NCBI GenBank assembly: GCA_964016885.1
Contig: OZ024744.1
Location: 23,436,001-23,500,000 of the forward strand
DNA length: 64,000 nt
Direction: 5' to 3'
Source of the DNA: Eledone cirrhosa
Lineage: Eukaryota
Shown: positions 28,901-43,100 of the stretch, in pieces
Layout of the letters: each line of letters starts with the position of its first letter
How positions within the stretch are numbered: the stretch's first letter is position 1
Program-made: the position numbers and the translations under genes
Notes under the pieces: generated by a model
What the model was told of the DNA's origin: nothing
What the model saw: only the letters and a program-made list of their open reading frames with translations
Databases searched by the model: none

Positions 28901-31710
28901 TGACTCGTTTAAACAACAGTTGAATCCTCAAATAAAACTCGTTTTAACAACAGTTGAATCATAAGAACTGACTCGTTTTAACAACAGTTGAATCTTAAGA
29001 TAAAACTCGTTTTAACAACAGTTGAATCTTAAGAACTGACTCGTTTTAACAACAGTTGAATCTTAAGATAAAACTCGTTTTATCAACAGTTGAATCTTAA
29101 GAACTGACTCATTTTAACAACAGTTGAATCTTAAGAACTGATTCGTTTTAACAACAGTTGAATCTTCAGATAAAACTCGTTTTAACTACAGTTGAATCTT
29201 AAGAACTGACTAGTTTTAACAACAGTTGAATCTTAAGATAAAACTCGTTTTAACAACAGTTGAATCTTAAGAACTGGCTCATTTTAACAACAGTTGAATC
29301 TTAAGAACTGATTCGTTTTAACAACAGTTGAATCTTAAGATAAAACTCGTTTTAACAACAGTTGAATCTTAAGAACTGACTCGTTTTAACAACAGCTGAA
29401 TCTTAAGATAAAACTCGTTTTACAACAGTTGAATCTTAAGAACTGACTCGTTTTATCAACAGTTCAACCTTAAGAAGTGACTCATCTTAACAACAGTTGA
29501 ATCTTCAAATAAAACTCGTTTTAACAACAGTTGAATCTTTAGAACTGATTCGTTTTAACAACAGCTGAATCTTAAGATAAAACTCGTTTTAACAACAGTT
29601 GAATCTTAAGAACTGACTCATTTTAACAACAGTTGAATCTTAAGATAAAACTTGTTTTAACAACAGTTGAATCTTAAGAACTGACTCGTTTTAACAACGG
29701 CTGAATTTTAAGATAAACTCGTTTTAACAACAGTTGAATCTTAAGAACTGAATCGTTTTAACAACAGCTAAATCTTAAGATAAAACTCGTTTTAACAACA
29801 GTTGAATCTTAAGAACTGACTCGTTTTATCAGCAGTTCAACCTTAAGAACTGACTCATGTTAACAACAGTTGAATCTTCAAATAAAATTCGTTTTAACAA
29901 CAGTTGAATCTTAAGAACTGATTCGTTTTAACAACAGCTGAATCTTAAGATAAAACTCGTTTTAACAACAGTTGAATCTTAAGGTAAAATTCGTTTTAAC
30001 AACAGTTGAATCTTAAGAACTGACTCGTTTTAACAACAGCTGAATCTTAAGATAAAACTCGTTTTAACAACAGTTGAATCTTAAGAACTGACTCATTTTA
30101 ACAACAGTTGAATCTTAAGATAAAACTCGTTTTAACAACAGTTGAATCTTAAGAACTGACTCGTTTTAACAACAGTTCAACCTTAAGAACTGACTCGTTT
30201 TAACAACAGTTGAATCTTAAGATAAAACTCGTTTTAACAACAGTTGAATCTTAAGAACTGACTCATTTTAACAACAGTTGAATCTTAAGAACTGATTCGT
30301 TTTAACAACAGTTGAATCTTCAGATAAAACTCGTTTTAACTACAGTTGTATCTTAAGAACTGACTCGTTTTAACAACAGTTGAATCTTAAGATAAAACTC
30401 GTTTTAACGACAGTTGAATCTTAAGAACTGACTCACTTTATCAACTGTTCAACCTTAAGAACTGACTCATCTTAACAACAGTTGAATCTTCAAATAAACT
30501 CGTTTTAACAACAGTTGAATCTTAAGAACTGATTCGTTTTAACAACAGCTGAATCTTAAGATAAAACTCGTTTTAACAACAGTTGAATCTTAAGAACTGA
30601 CTCGTTTTATGAACAGTTCAACCTTAAGAACTGACTCGTTTTAACAACAGTTGAATCCTCAAATAAAACTCGTTTTAACAACAGTTGAATCTTAAGAACT
30701 GACTCATTTTAACAACAGTTGAATCTTAAGATAAAACTCGTTTTAACAACAGTTGAATCGTAAGAACTGACTCGTTTTAACAACGGCTGAATTTTAAGAT
30801 AAACTCGTTTTAACAACAGTTGAATCTTAAGAACTGACTCGTTTTAACAACAGCTATATCTTAAGATAAAACTCGTTTTAACAACAGGTGAATCTTAAGA
30901 ACTGACTCGTTTTATCAACAGTTCAACCTTAAGAACTGACTCATCTTAACAACAGTTGAATCTTCAAATAAAATACGTTTTAACAACAGTTGAATCTTAA
31001 GAACTGACTCGTTTTAACAACAGTTGAATCTTAAGAACTGACTCATTTTAACAACAGCTGAATCTTAAGATAAAACTCGTTTTAACAACAGTTGAATCTT
31101 AAGATAAAATTCGTTTTAACAACAGTTGAATCTTAAGAACTGACTCGTTTTAACAACAGCTGAATCTTAAGATAAAACTCGTTTTAACAACAGTTGAATC
31201 TTAAGAACTGACTCGTTTTATCAACAGTTCAACCTTAAGCACTGACTCGTTTTAACAACAGTTGAATCTTCAAATAAAACTCGTTTTAACAACAGTTGAT
31301 TCTTCAGAACTGACTCGTTTTAACAACAGTTGAATCTTAAGATAAAACTCGTTTTAACAACAGTTGAATCTTAAGAACTGACTCATATTAACAACAGCTG
31401 AATCTTTAGATAAATCTCGTTTTAACAACAGTTGAATCTTAAGAACTGACTCGTTTTAACAACAGTTGAATCCTCAAATAAAACTCGTTTTAACAACAGT
31501 TGAATCATAAGAACTGACTCGTTTTAACAACAGTTGAATCTTAAGATAAAACTCGTTTTAACAACAGTTGAATCTTAAGAACTGACTCATTTTAACAACA
31601 GTTGAATCTTAAGAACTGATTCGTTTTAACAACAGTTGAATCTTCAGATAAAACTCGTTTTAACTACAGTTGAATCTTAAGAACTGACTAGTTTTAACAA
31701 CAGTTGAATC
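22960..31710. repeat. Tandem duplication, offset 4313 bp rising to 4414-4415 bp after a gain of 3 monomers
   Basis: Markers CTGACTTGTT at 22991/27304, AAGCACTTAC at 23461/27774, TTGTATCT at 25931/30346 and GACTAGT at 27272/31686. Confidence 0.88.
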
Positions 31711-32937
31711 TTAAGATAAAACTCGTTTTAACAACAGTTGAATCTTAAGAACTGGCTCATTTTAACAACAGTTGAATCTTAAGAACTGATTCGTTTTAAC
31801 AACAGTTGAATCTTAAGATAAAACTCGTTTTAACAACAGTTGAATCTTAAGAACTGACTCGTTTTAACAACAGCTGAATCTTAAGATAAAACTCGTTTTA
31901 CAACAGTTGAATCTTAAGAACTGACTCGTTTTATCAACAGTTCAACCTTAAGAAGTGACTCATCTTAACAACAGTTGAATCTTCAAATAAAACTCGTTTT
32001 AACAACAGTTGAATCTTTAGAACTGATTCGTTTTAACAACAGCTGAATCTTAAGATAAAACTCGTTTTAACAACAGTTGAATCTTAAGAACTGACTCATT
32101 TTAACAACAGTTGAATCTTAAGATAAAACTTGTTTTAACAACAGTTGAATCTTAAGAACTGACTCGTTTTAACAACGGCTGAATTTTAAGATAAACTCGT
32201 TTTAACAACAGTTGAATCTTAAGAACTGACTCATTTTAACAACAGTTGAATCTTAAGATAAAACTCGTTTTAACAACAGTTGAATCTTAAGAACTGACTC
32301 GTTTTAACAACAGTTCAACCTTAAGAACTGACTCGTTTTAACAACAGTTGAATCTTAAGATAAAACTCGTTTTAACAACAGTTGAATCTTAAGAACTGAC
32401 TCATTTTAACAACAGTTGAATCTTACGAACTGATTCGTTTTAACAACAGTTGAATCTTCAGATAAAACTCGTTTTAACTACAGTTGTATCTTAAGAACTG
32501 ACTCGTTTTAACAACAGTTGAATCTTAAGATAAAACTCGTTTTAACAACAGTTGAATCTTAAGAACTGACTCGTTTTATGAACAGTTCAACCTTAAGAAC
32601 TGACTCGTTTTAACAACAGTTGAATCCTCAAATAAAACTCGTTTTAACAACAGTTGAATCTTAAGAACTGACTCATTTTAACAACAGTTGAATCTTAAGA
32701 TAAAACTCGTTTTAACAACAGTTGAATCTTAAGAACTGACTCGTTTTAACAACGGCTGAATTTTAAGATAAACTCGTTTTAACAACAGTTGAATCTTAAG
32801 AACTGACTCGTTTTAACAACAGCTATATCTTAAGATAAAACTCGTTTTAACAACAGTTGAATCTTAAGAACTGACTCGTTTTATCAACAGTTCAACCTTA
32901 AGAACTGACTCATCTTAACAACAGTTGAATCTTCAAA

Positions 32938-35900
32938 TAAAATTCGTTTTAACAACAGTTGAATCTTAAGAACTGACTCGTTTTAACAACAGTTGAATCT
33001 TAAGAACTGACTCATTTTAACAACAGCTGAATCTTAAGATAAAACTCGTTTTAACAACAGTTGAATCTTAAGATAAAATTCGTTTTAACAACAGTTGAAT
33101 CTTAAGAACTGACTCGTTTTAACAACAGCTGAATCTTAAGATAAAACTCGTGTTAACAACAGTTGAATCTTAAGAACTGACTCGTTTTATCAACAGTTCA
33201 ACCTTAAGCACTGACTCGTTTTAACAACAGTTGAATCTTCAAATAAAACTCGTTTTAACAACAGTTGATTCTTCAGAACTGACTCGTTTTAACAAGAGTT
33301 GAATCTTAAGATAAAACTCGTTTTAACAACAGTTGAATCTTAAGAACTCACTCATTTTAACAACAGCTGAATCTCTAGATAAAACTCGTTTTAAGAACAG
33401 TTGAATCGTAAGAACTGACTCGTTTTATCAACAGTTGAATCTTAAGAACTGACTCGTTTTATCAACAGTTCAACCTTAAGAACTGACTCGTTTTAACAAC
33501 AGTTGAATCCTCAAATAAAACTCGTTTTAACAACAGTTGAATCTTAAGAACTGACTCATTTTAACAACAGTTGAATCTTAAGATAAAACTCGTTTTAACA
33601 ACAGTTGAATCTTCAGAACTGACTCGTTTTAACAACGGCTGAATTTTAAGATAAACTCGTTTTAACAACAGTTGAATCTTAAGAACTGACTCGTTTTATT
33701 AGCAGTTCAACCTTAAGAACTGACTCATCTTAACAACAGTTGAATCTTCAAATAAAATTCGTTTTAACAACAGTTGAATCTTAAGAACTGATTCGTTTTA
33801 ACAACAGCTGAATCTTAAGATAAAACTCGTTTTAACAACAGTTGAATCTTAAGGTAAAATTCGTTTTAACAACAGTTGAATCTTAAGAACTGACTCGTTT
33901 TAACAACAGCTGAATCTTAAGATAAAACTCGTTTTAACAACAGTTGAATCTTAAGAACTGACTCGTTTTATCAACAGTTCAACCTTAAGCACTGACTCGT
34001 TTTAACAACAGTTGAATCTTCAAATAAAACTCGTTTTAACAACAGTTGAATCTTAAGAACTTACTCATTTTAACAACAGTTGAATCTTAAGATAAAACTC
34101 GTTTTAACAACAGTTGAATCTTAAGAACTGACTCGTTTTAACAACAGTTCAACCTTAAGAACTGACTCGTTTTAACAACAGTTGAATCTTAAGATAAAAC
34201 TCGTTTTAACAACAGTTGAATCTTAAGAACTGACTCATTTTAACAACAGTTGAATCTTAAGAACTGATTCGTATTAACAACAGTTGAATCTTCAGATAAA
34301 ACTCGTTTTAACTACAGTTGAATCTTAAGAACTGACTCGTTTTAACAACAGTTGAATCTTAAGATAAAACTCGTTTTAACAACAGTTGAATCTTAAGAAC
34401 TGACTCATTTTAACAACAGTTGAATCTTAAGAACTGATTCGTTTTAACAACAGATGAATCTTAAGATAAAACTCGTTTTAACAACAGTTGAATCTTAAGA
34501 ACTGACTCGTTTTAATAACAGCTGAATCTTAAGATCAAACTCGTTTTACAACAGTTGAATCTTAAGAACTGACTCGTTTTATCAACAGTTCAACCTTAAG
34601 AACTGACTCATCTTAACAACAGTTGAATCTTCAAATAAAACTCGTTTTAACTACAGTTGAATCTTAAGAACTGATTCGTTTTAACAACAGCTGAATCGTA
34701 AGATAAAACTCGTTTTAACAACAGTTGAATCTTAAGATAAAATTCGTTTCAACAACAGTTGAATCTTAAGAACTGACTCGTTTTAACAACAGCTGAATCT
34801 TAAGATAAAACTCGTTTTATCAACAGTTCAACCTTAAGAACTGACTCGTTTTAAGAACAGTTCAACCTTAAGAACTGACTCGTTTTAACAACAGTTGAAT
34901 CTTCAAATAAAACTCGTTTTAACTACAGTTGAATCTTAAGAACTGACTCGTTTTAACAACAGTTGAATCTTAAGAACTGATTCGTTTTAACAACAGTTGA
35001 ATCTTAAGATAAAACTCGTTTTAACAACAGTTGAATCTTAAGAACTGACTCGTTTTAACAACAGCTGAATCTTAAGATAAAACTCGTTTTACAACAGTTG
35101 AATCTTAAGAACTGACTCGTTTTATCAACAGTTCAACCTTAAGAACTGACTCATTTTAACAACAGTTGAATCTTCAAATAAAACTCGTTTTAACAACAGT
35201 TGATTCTTCAGAACTGACTCGTTTTAACAACAGTTGAATCTTAAGATAAAACTCGTTTTAACAACAGTTGAATCTTAAGAACTGACTCATTTTAACAACA
35301 GCTGAATCTTTAGATAAAACTCGTTTTAACAACAGTTGAATCTTAAGAACTGATTCGTTTTAAAAACAGTTGAATCCTCAAATAAAACTCGTTTTAACAA
35401 CAGTTGAATCTTAATAACTGACTCGTTTTAACAACAGTTGAATCTTAAGATAAAACTCGTTTTAACAACAGTTGAATCTTAAGAACTGACTCATTTTAAC
35501 AACAGTTGAATCTTAAGAACTGATTCGTTTTAACAACGGTTGAATCTTCAGATAAAACTCGTTTTAACTACAGTTGAATCTTAAGAACTGACTAGTTTTA
35601 ACAACAGTTGAATCTTAAGATAAAACTCGTTTTAACAACAGTTGAATCTTAAGAACTGGCTCATTTTAACAACAGTTGAATCTTAAGAACTGATTCGTTT
35701 TAACAACAGTTGAATCTTAAGATAAAACTCGTTTTAACAACAGTTGAATCTTAAGAACTGACTCGTTTTAATAACAGTTGAATCTTAAGATAAAACTCGT
35801 TTTAACAACAGTTGAATCTTAAGTACTGACTCGTTTTAACAACAGCTGAATCTTAAGATAAAACTCGTTTTACAACAGTTGAATCTTAAGAACTGACTCG

Positions 35901-38900
35901 TTTTATCAACAGTTCAACCTTAAGAACTGACTCATCCTAACAACAGTTGAATCTTCAAATAAAACTCGTTTTAACAACAGTTGAATCTTAAGAACTGATT
36001 CGTTTTAACAACAGCTGAATCTTAAGATAAAACTCGTTTTAACAACAGTTGAATCTTAAGATAAAATTCGTTTTAACAACAGTTGAATCTTAAGAACTGA
36101 CTCGTTTTAACAACAGCTGAATCTTAAGATAAAACTCTTTTTAACAACAGTTGAATCTTAAGAACTGACTCGTTTTATCAACAGTTCAACCTTAAGCACT
36201 GACTCGTTTTAACAACAGTTGAATCTTCAAATAAAACTCGTTTTAACAACAGTTGATTCTTCAGAACTGACTCGTTTTAACAACAGTTGAATCTTAAGAT
36301 AAAACTCGTTTTAACAACAGTTGAATCTTAAGAACTGACTCGTTTTAATAACAGTTGAATCTTAAGATAAAACTCGTTTTAACAACAGTTGATTCTTCAG
36401 AACTGACTCGTTTTAACAACAGTTGAATCTTAAGATAAAACTCGTTTTAACAACAGTTGAATCTTAAGAACTGACTCATTTTAACAACAGCTGAATCTCT
36501 AGATAAAACTCGTTATAACAACAGTTGAATCTTAAGGTAAAATTCGTTTTAACAACAGTTGAATCTTAAGAACTGACTCGTTTTAACAACAGTTGAATCT
36601 TAAGAACTGACTCATTTTAACAACAGCTGAATCTTAAGATAAAACTCGTTTTAACAACAGTTGAATCTTAAGATAAAATTCGTTTTAACAACAGTTGAAT
36701 CTTAAGAACTGACTCGTTTTAACAACAGCTGAATCTTAAGATAAAACTCGTGTTAACAACAGTTGAATCTTAAGAACTGACTCGTTTTATCAACAGTTCA
36801 ACCTTAAGCACTGACTCGTTTTAACAACAGTTGAATCTTCAAATAAAACTCGTTTTAACAACAGTTGATTCTTCAGAACTGACTCGTTTTAACAAGAGTT
36901 GAATCTTAAGATAAAACTCGTTTTAACAACAGTTGAATCTTAAGAACTCACTCATTTTAACAACAGCTGAATCTCTAGATAAAACTCGTTTTAAGAACAG
37001 TTGAATCGTAAGAACTGACTCGTTTTATCAACAGTTGAATCTTAAGAACTGACTCGTTTTATCAACAGTTCAACCTTAAGAACTGACTCGTTTTAACAAC
37101 AGTTGAATCCTCAAATAAAACTCGTTTTAACAACAGTTGAATCTTAAGAACTGACTCATTTTAACAACAGTTGAATCTTAAGATAAAACTCGTTTTAACA
37201 ACAGTTGAATCTTCAGAACTGACTCGTTTTAACAACGGCTGAATTTTAAGATAAACTCGTTTTAACAACAGTTGAATCTTAAGAACTGACTCGTTTTATT
37301 AGCAGTTCAACCTTAAGAACTGACTCATCTTAACAACAGTTGAATCTTCAAATAAAATTCGTTTTAACAACAGTTGAATCTTAAGAACTGATTCGTTTTA
37401 ACAACAGCTGAATCTTAAGATAAAACTCGTTTTAACAACAGTTGAATCTTAAGGTAAAATTCGTTTTAACAACAGTTGAATCTTAAGAACTGACTCGTTT
37501 TAACAACAGCTGAATCTTAAGATAAAACTCGTTTTAACAACAGTTGAATCTTAAGAACTGACTCGTTTTATCAACAGTTCAACCTTAAGCACTGACTCGT
37601 TTTAACAACAGTTGAATCTTCAAATAAAACTCGTTTTAACAACAGTTGAATCTTAAGAACTTACTCATTTTAACAACAGTTGAATCTTAAGATAAAACTC
37701 GTTTTAACAACAGTTGAATCTTAAGAACTGACTCGTTTTAACAACAGTTCAACCTTAAGAACTGACTCGTTTTAACAACAGTTGAATCTTAAGATAAAAC
37801 TCGTTTTAACAACAGTTGAATCTTAAGAACTGACTCATTTTAACAACAGTTGAATCTTAAGAACTGATTCGTATTAACAACAGTTGAATCTTCAGATAAA
37901 ACTCGTTTTAACTACAGTTGAATCTTAAGAACTGACTCGTTTTAACAACAGTTGAATCTTAAGATAAAACTCGTTTTAACAACAGTTGAATCTTAAGAAC
38001 TGACTCATTTTAACAACAGTTGAATCTTAAGAACTGATTCGTTTTAACAACAGATGAATCTTAAGATAAAACTCGTTTTAACAACAGTTGAATCTTTAGA
38101 ACTGACTCGTTTTAATAACAGCTGAATCTTAAGATCAAACTCGTTTTACAACAGTTGAATCTTAAGAACTGACTCGTTTTATCAACAGTTCAACCTTAAG
38201 AACTGACTCATCTTAACAACAGTTGAATCTTCAAATAAAACTCGTTTTAACTACAGTTGAATCTTAAGAACTGATTCGTTTTAACAACAGCTGAATCGTA
38301 AGATAAAACTCGTTTTAACAACAGTTGAATCTTAAGATAAAATTCGTTTCAACAACAGTTGAATCTTAAGAACTGACTCGTTTTAACAACAGCTGAATCT
38401 TAAGATAAAACTCGTTTTATCAACAGTTCAACCTTAAGAACTGACTCGTTTTAAGAACAGTTCAACCTTAAGAACTGACTCGTTTTAACAACAGTTGAAT
38501 CTTCAAATAAAACTCGTTTTAACTACAGTTGAATCTTAAGAACTGACTCGTTTTAACAACAGTTGAATCTTAAGAACTGATTCGTTTTAACAACAGTTGA
38601 ATCTTAAGATAAAACTCGTTTTAACAACAGTTGAATCTTAAGAACTGACTCGTTTTAACAACAGCTGAATCTTAAGATAAAACTCGTTTTACAACAGTTG
38701 AATCTTAAGAACTGACTCGTTTTATCAACAGTTCAACCTTAAGAACTGACTCATTTTAACAACAGTTGAATCTTCAAATAAAACTCGTTTTAACAACAGT
38801 TGATTCTTCAGAACTGACTCGTTTTAACAACAGTTGAATCTTAAGATAAAACTCGTTTTAACAACAGTTGAATCTTAAGAACTGACTCATTTTAACAACA

Positions 38901-40192
38901 GCTGAATCTTTAGATAAAACTCGTTTTAACAACAGTTGAATCTTAAGAACTGATTCGTTTTAAAAACAGTTGAATCCTCAAATAAAACTCGTTTTAACAA
39001 CAGTTGAATCTTAATAACTGACTCGTTTTAACAACAGTTGAATCTTAAGATAAAACTCGTTTTAACAACAGTTGAATCTTAAGAACTGACTCATTTTAAC
39101 AACAGTTGAATCTTAAGAACTGATTCGTTTTAACAACGGTTGAATCTTCAGATAAAACTCGTTTTAACTACAGTTGAATCTTAAGAACTGACTAGTTTTA
39201 ACAACAGTTGAATCTTAAGATAAAACTCGTTTTAACAACAGTTGAATCTTAAGAACTGGCTCATTTTAACAACAGTTGAATCTTAAGAACTGATTCGTTT
39301 TAACAACAGTTGAATCTTAAGATAAAACTCGTTTTAACAACAGTTGAATCTTAAGAACTGACTCGTTTTAATAACAGTTGAATCTTAAGATAAAACTCGT
39401 TTTAACAACAGTTGAATCTTAAGTACTGACTCGTTTTAACAACAGCTGAATCTTAAGATAAAACTCGTTTTACAACAGTTGAATCTTAAGAACTGACTCG
39501 TTTTATCAACAGTTCAACCTTAAGAACTGACTCATCCTAACAACAGTTGAATCTTCAAATAAAACTCGTTTTAACAACAGTTGAATCTTAAGAACTGATT
39601 CGTTTTAACAACAGCTGAATCTTAAGATAAAACTCGTTTTAACAACAGTTGAATCTTAAGATAAAATTCGTTTTAACAACAGTTGAATCTTAAGAACTGA
39701 CTCGTTTTAACAACAGCTGAATCTTAAGATAAAACTCTTTTTAACAACAGTTGAATCTTAAGAACTGACTCGTTTTATCAACAGTTCAACCTTAAGCACT
39801 GACTCGTTTTAACAACAGTTGAATCTTCAAATAAAACTCGTTTTAACAACAGTTGATTCTTCAGAACTGACTCGTTTTAACAACAGTTGAATCTTAAGAT
39901 AAAACTCGTTTTAACAACAGTTGAATCTTAAGAACTGACTCGTTTTAATAACAGTTGAATCTTAAGATAAAACTCGTTTTAACAACAGTTGATTCTTCAG
40001 AACTGACTCGTTTTAACAACAGTTGAATCTTAAGATAAAACTCGTTTTAACAACAGTTGAATCTTAAGAACTGACTCATTTTAACAACAGCTGAATCTCT
40101 AGATAAAACTCGTTATAACAACAGTTGAATCTTAAGGTAAAATTCGTTTTAACAACAGTTGAATCTTAAGAACTGACTCGTTTTAACAACAG
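32938..40192. repeat. Near-perfect tandem duplication, period 3600 bp (106 monomers, four of them 33 bp)
   Basis: Lines 32941-36481 match lines 36541-40081 in register. The only difference I noticed is A>T at 38097. 106x34-4=3600 fits the four 33-bp monomers near 33651, 34541, 35081 and 35861. Confidence 0.95.
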
Positions 40193-43100
40193 CTGAATCT
40201 TAAGACAAAACCCGTTTTAACAACAGTTGAATCTTAAGAACTGACTCGTTTTATCAACAGTTCAACCTTAAGCACTGACTCGTTTTAACAACAGTTGAAT
40301 CTTCAAATAAAACTCGTTTTAACAACAGTTGAATCTTAAGAACTGACTCATTTTAACAACAGTTGAATCTTAAGATAAAACTCGTTTTAACAACAGTTGA
40401 ATCTTAAGAACTGACTCGTTTTAACAACAATTCAACCTTAAGAACTGACTCGTTTTAACAACAGTTGAATCTTAAGATGAAACTCGTTTTAACAACAGTT
40501 GAATCTTAAGAACTGACTCATTTTAACAACAGTTGAATCTTAAGAACTGATTCGTTTTAACAACAGTTGACTCTTAAGAACTGATTCGTTTTAACAACAG
40601 CTGAATCTTAAGATAAAACTCGTTTTAACAACAGTTGAATCTTAAGATAAAATTCGTTTTAACAACAGTTGAATCTTAAGAACTGACTCGTTTTAACAAC
40701 AGCTGAATCTTAAGATAAAACTCGTTTTAACAACAGTTGAATCTTAAGAACTGACTCGTTTTATCAACATTTCAACCTTAAGAACTGACTCGTTTTAACA
40801 ACAGTTGAATCCTCAAATAAAACTCGTTTTAACAACAGTTGAATCTTAAGAACTGACTCGTTATAACAACAGTTGAATCTTAAGAACTGACTCGTTTTAA
40901 CAACAGTTCAACCTTAAGAACTGACTCGTTTTAACAACAGTTGAATCTTAAGAACTGACTCGTTTTAACAACAGTTCAACCTTAAGAACTGACTCGTTTT
41001 AACAACAGTTGAATCTTAAGAACTGACTCGTTTTAACAACAGTTCAACCTTAAGAACTGACTCGTTTTAACAACAGTTGAATCTTCAAATAAAACTCGTT
41101 TTAACTACAGTTGAATCTTAAGAACTGACTCGTTTTAACAACAGTTGAATCTTAAGATAAAACTCGTTTTAACAACAGTTGAATCTTAAGAACTGACTCA
41201 TTTTAACAACAGTTGAATCTTAAGAACTGATTCGTTTTAACAACAGTTGAATCTTCAGATAAAACTCATTTTAACTACAGTTGAATCTTAAGAACTGACT
41301 CGTTTTAACAACAGTTGAATCTTAAGATAAAACTCGTTTTAACAACAGTTGAATCTTAAGAACTGACTCATTTTAACAACAGTTGAATCTTAAGAACTGA
41401 TTCGTTTTAACAACAGTTGAATCTTAAGATAAAATTCGTTTTAACAACAGTTGAATCTTAAGAACTGACTCGTTTTAACAACAGCTGAATCTTAAGATAA
41501 AACTCGTTTTACAACAGTTGAATCTTAAGAACTGACTCGTTTTATCAACAGTTCAACCTTAAGAACTGACTCATTTTAACAACAGTTGAATATTCAAATA
41601 AAACTCGTTTTAACAACAGTTGAATCTTAATAACTGATTCGTTTTAACAACAGCTGAATCTTAAGATAAACTCGTTTTAACAACAGCTGAATCTTAAGAT
41701 AAACCTGGTTTTAACAACATTTGAATCTTAAGAACTGAATTCGTTTTAACAACAGCTGAATCTTAAGATAAAACTCGTTTTAACAACAGTTGATTCTTAA
41801 GAACTGACTCGTTTTATCAACAGTTCAACCTTAAGAACTGACTCGTTTTAACAACAGTTGAATCTTCAAATATAACTCGTTTTAACAACAGTTGAATATT
41901 ATGATAAAACTCATTTTAACAACAGTTGATTCTTAAGATAAAACTCGTTTTAACAACAGTTGATTCTTAAGAACTGACTCGTTTTAACAACAGCTGAATC
42001 TTAAGATAAAACTCGTTTTAACAACAGTTGAATCTTAAGATAAAATTCGTTTTAACAATAGTTGAACGTTAAGAACTGGTTTGTTTTAACAACAGTTGGA
42101 TCTTAAGATAAAACTCGTTTTAACAACAGTTGAATCTTAAGAACTGACTCGTTTTAACAACAGTTGAATCTTAAGAACTGATTCGTTTTAACAACAGATG
42201 AATCTTAAGATAAAACTCGTTTTAACAACAGTTGAATCTTAAGAACTGACTCGTTTTAATAACAGCTGAATCTTAAGATCAAACACGTTTTACAACAGTT
42301 GAATCTTAAGAACTGACTCGTTTTATCAACAGTTCAACCTTAAGAACTGACTCATCTTAACAACAGTTGAATCTTCAAATAAAACTCGTTTTAACTACAG
42401 TTGAATCTTAAGAACTGATTCGTTTTAACAACAGCTGAATCGTAAGATAAAACTCGTTTTAACAACAGTTGAATCTTAAGATAAAACTCGTTTTAACAAC
42501 AGTTGAATCTTAAGAACTGACTCGTTTTAACAACAGTTCAACCTTAAGAACTGACTCGTTTTAACAACAGTTGAATCTTAAGATAAAACTCGTTTTAACA
42601 ACAGTTGAATCTTAAGAACTGACTCATTTTAACAACAGTTGAATCTTAAGAACTGATTCGTATTAACAACAGTTGAATCTTCAGATAAAACTCGTTTTAA
42701 CTACAGTTGAATCTTAAGAACTGACTCGTTTTAACAACAGTTGAATCTTAAGATAAAACTCGTTTTAACAACAGTTGAATCTTAAGAACTGACTCATTTT
42801 AACAACAGTTGAATCTTAAGAACTGATTCGTTTTAACAACAGATGAATCTTAAGATAAAACTCGTTTTAACAACAGTTGAATCTTAAGAACTGACTCGTT
42901 TTAATAACAGCTGAATCTTAAGATCAAACTCGTTTTACAACAGTTGAATCTTAAGAACTGACTCGTTTTATCAACAGTTCAACCTTAAGAACTGACTCAT
43001 CTTAACAACAGTTGAATCTTCAAATAAAACTCGTTTTAACTACAGTTGAATCTTAAGAACTGATTCGTTTTAACAACAGCTGAATCGTAAGATAAAACTC

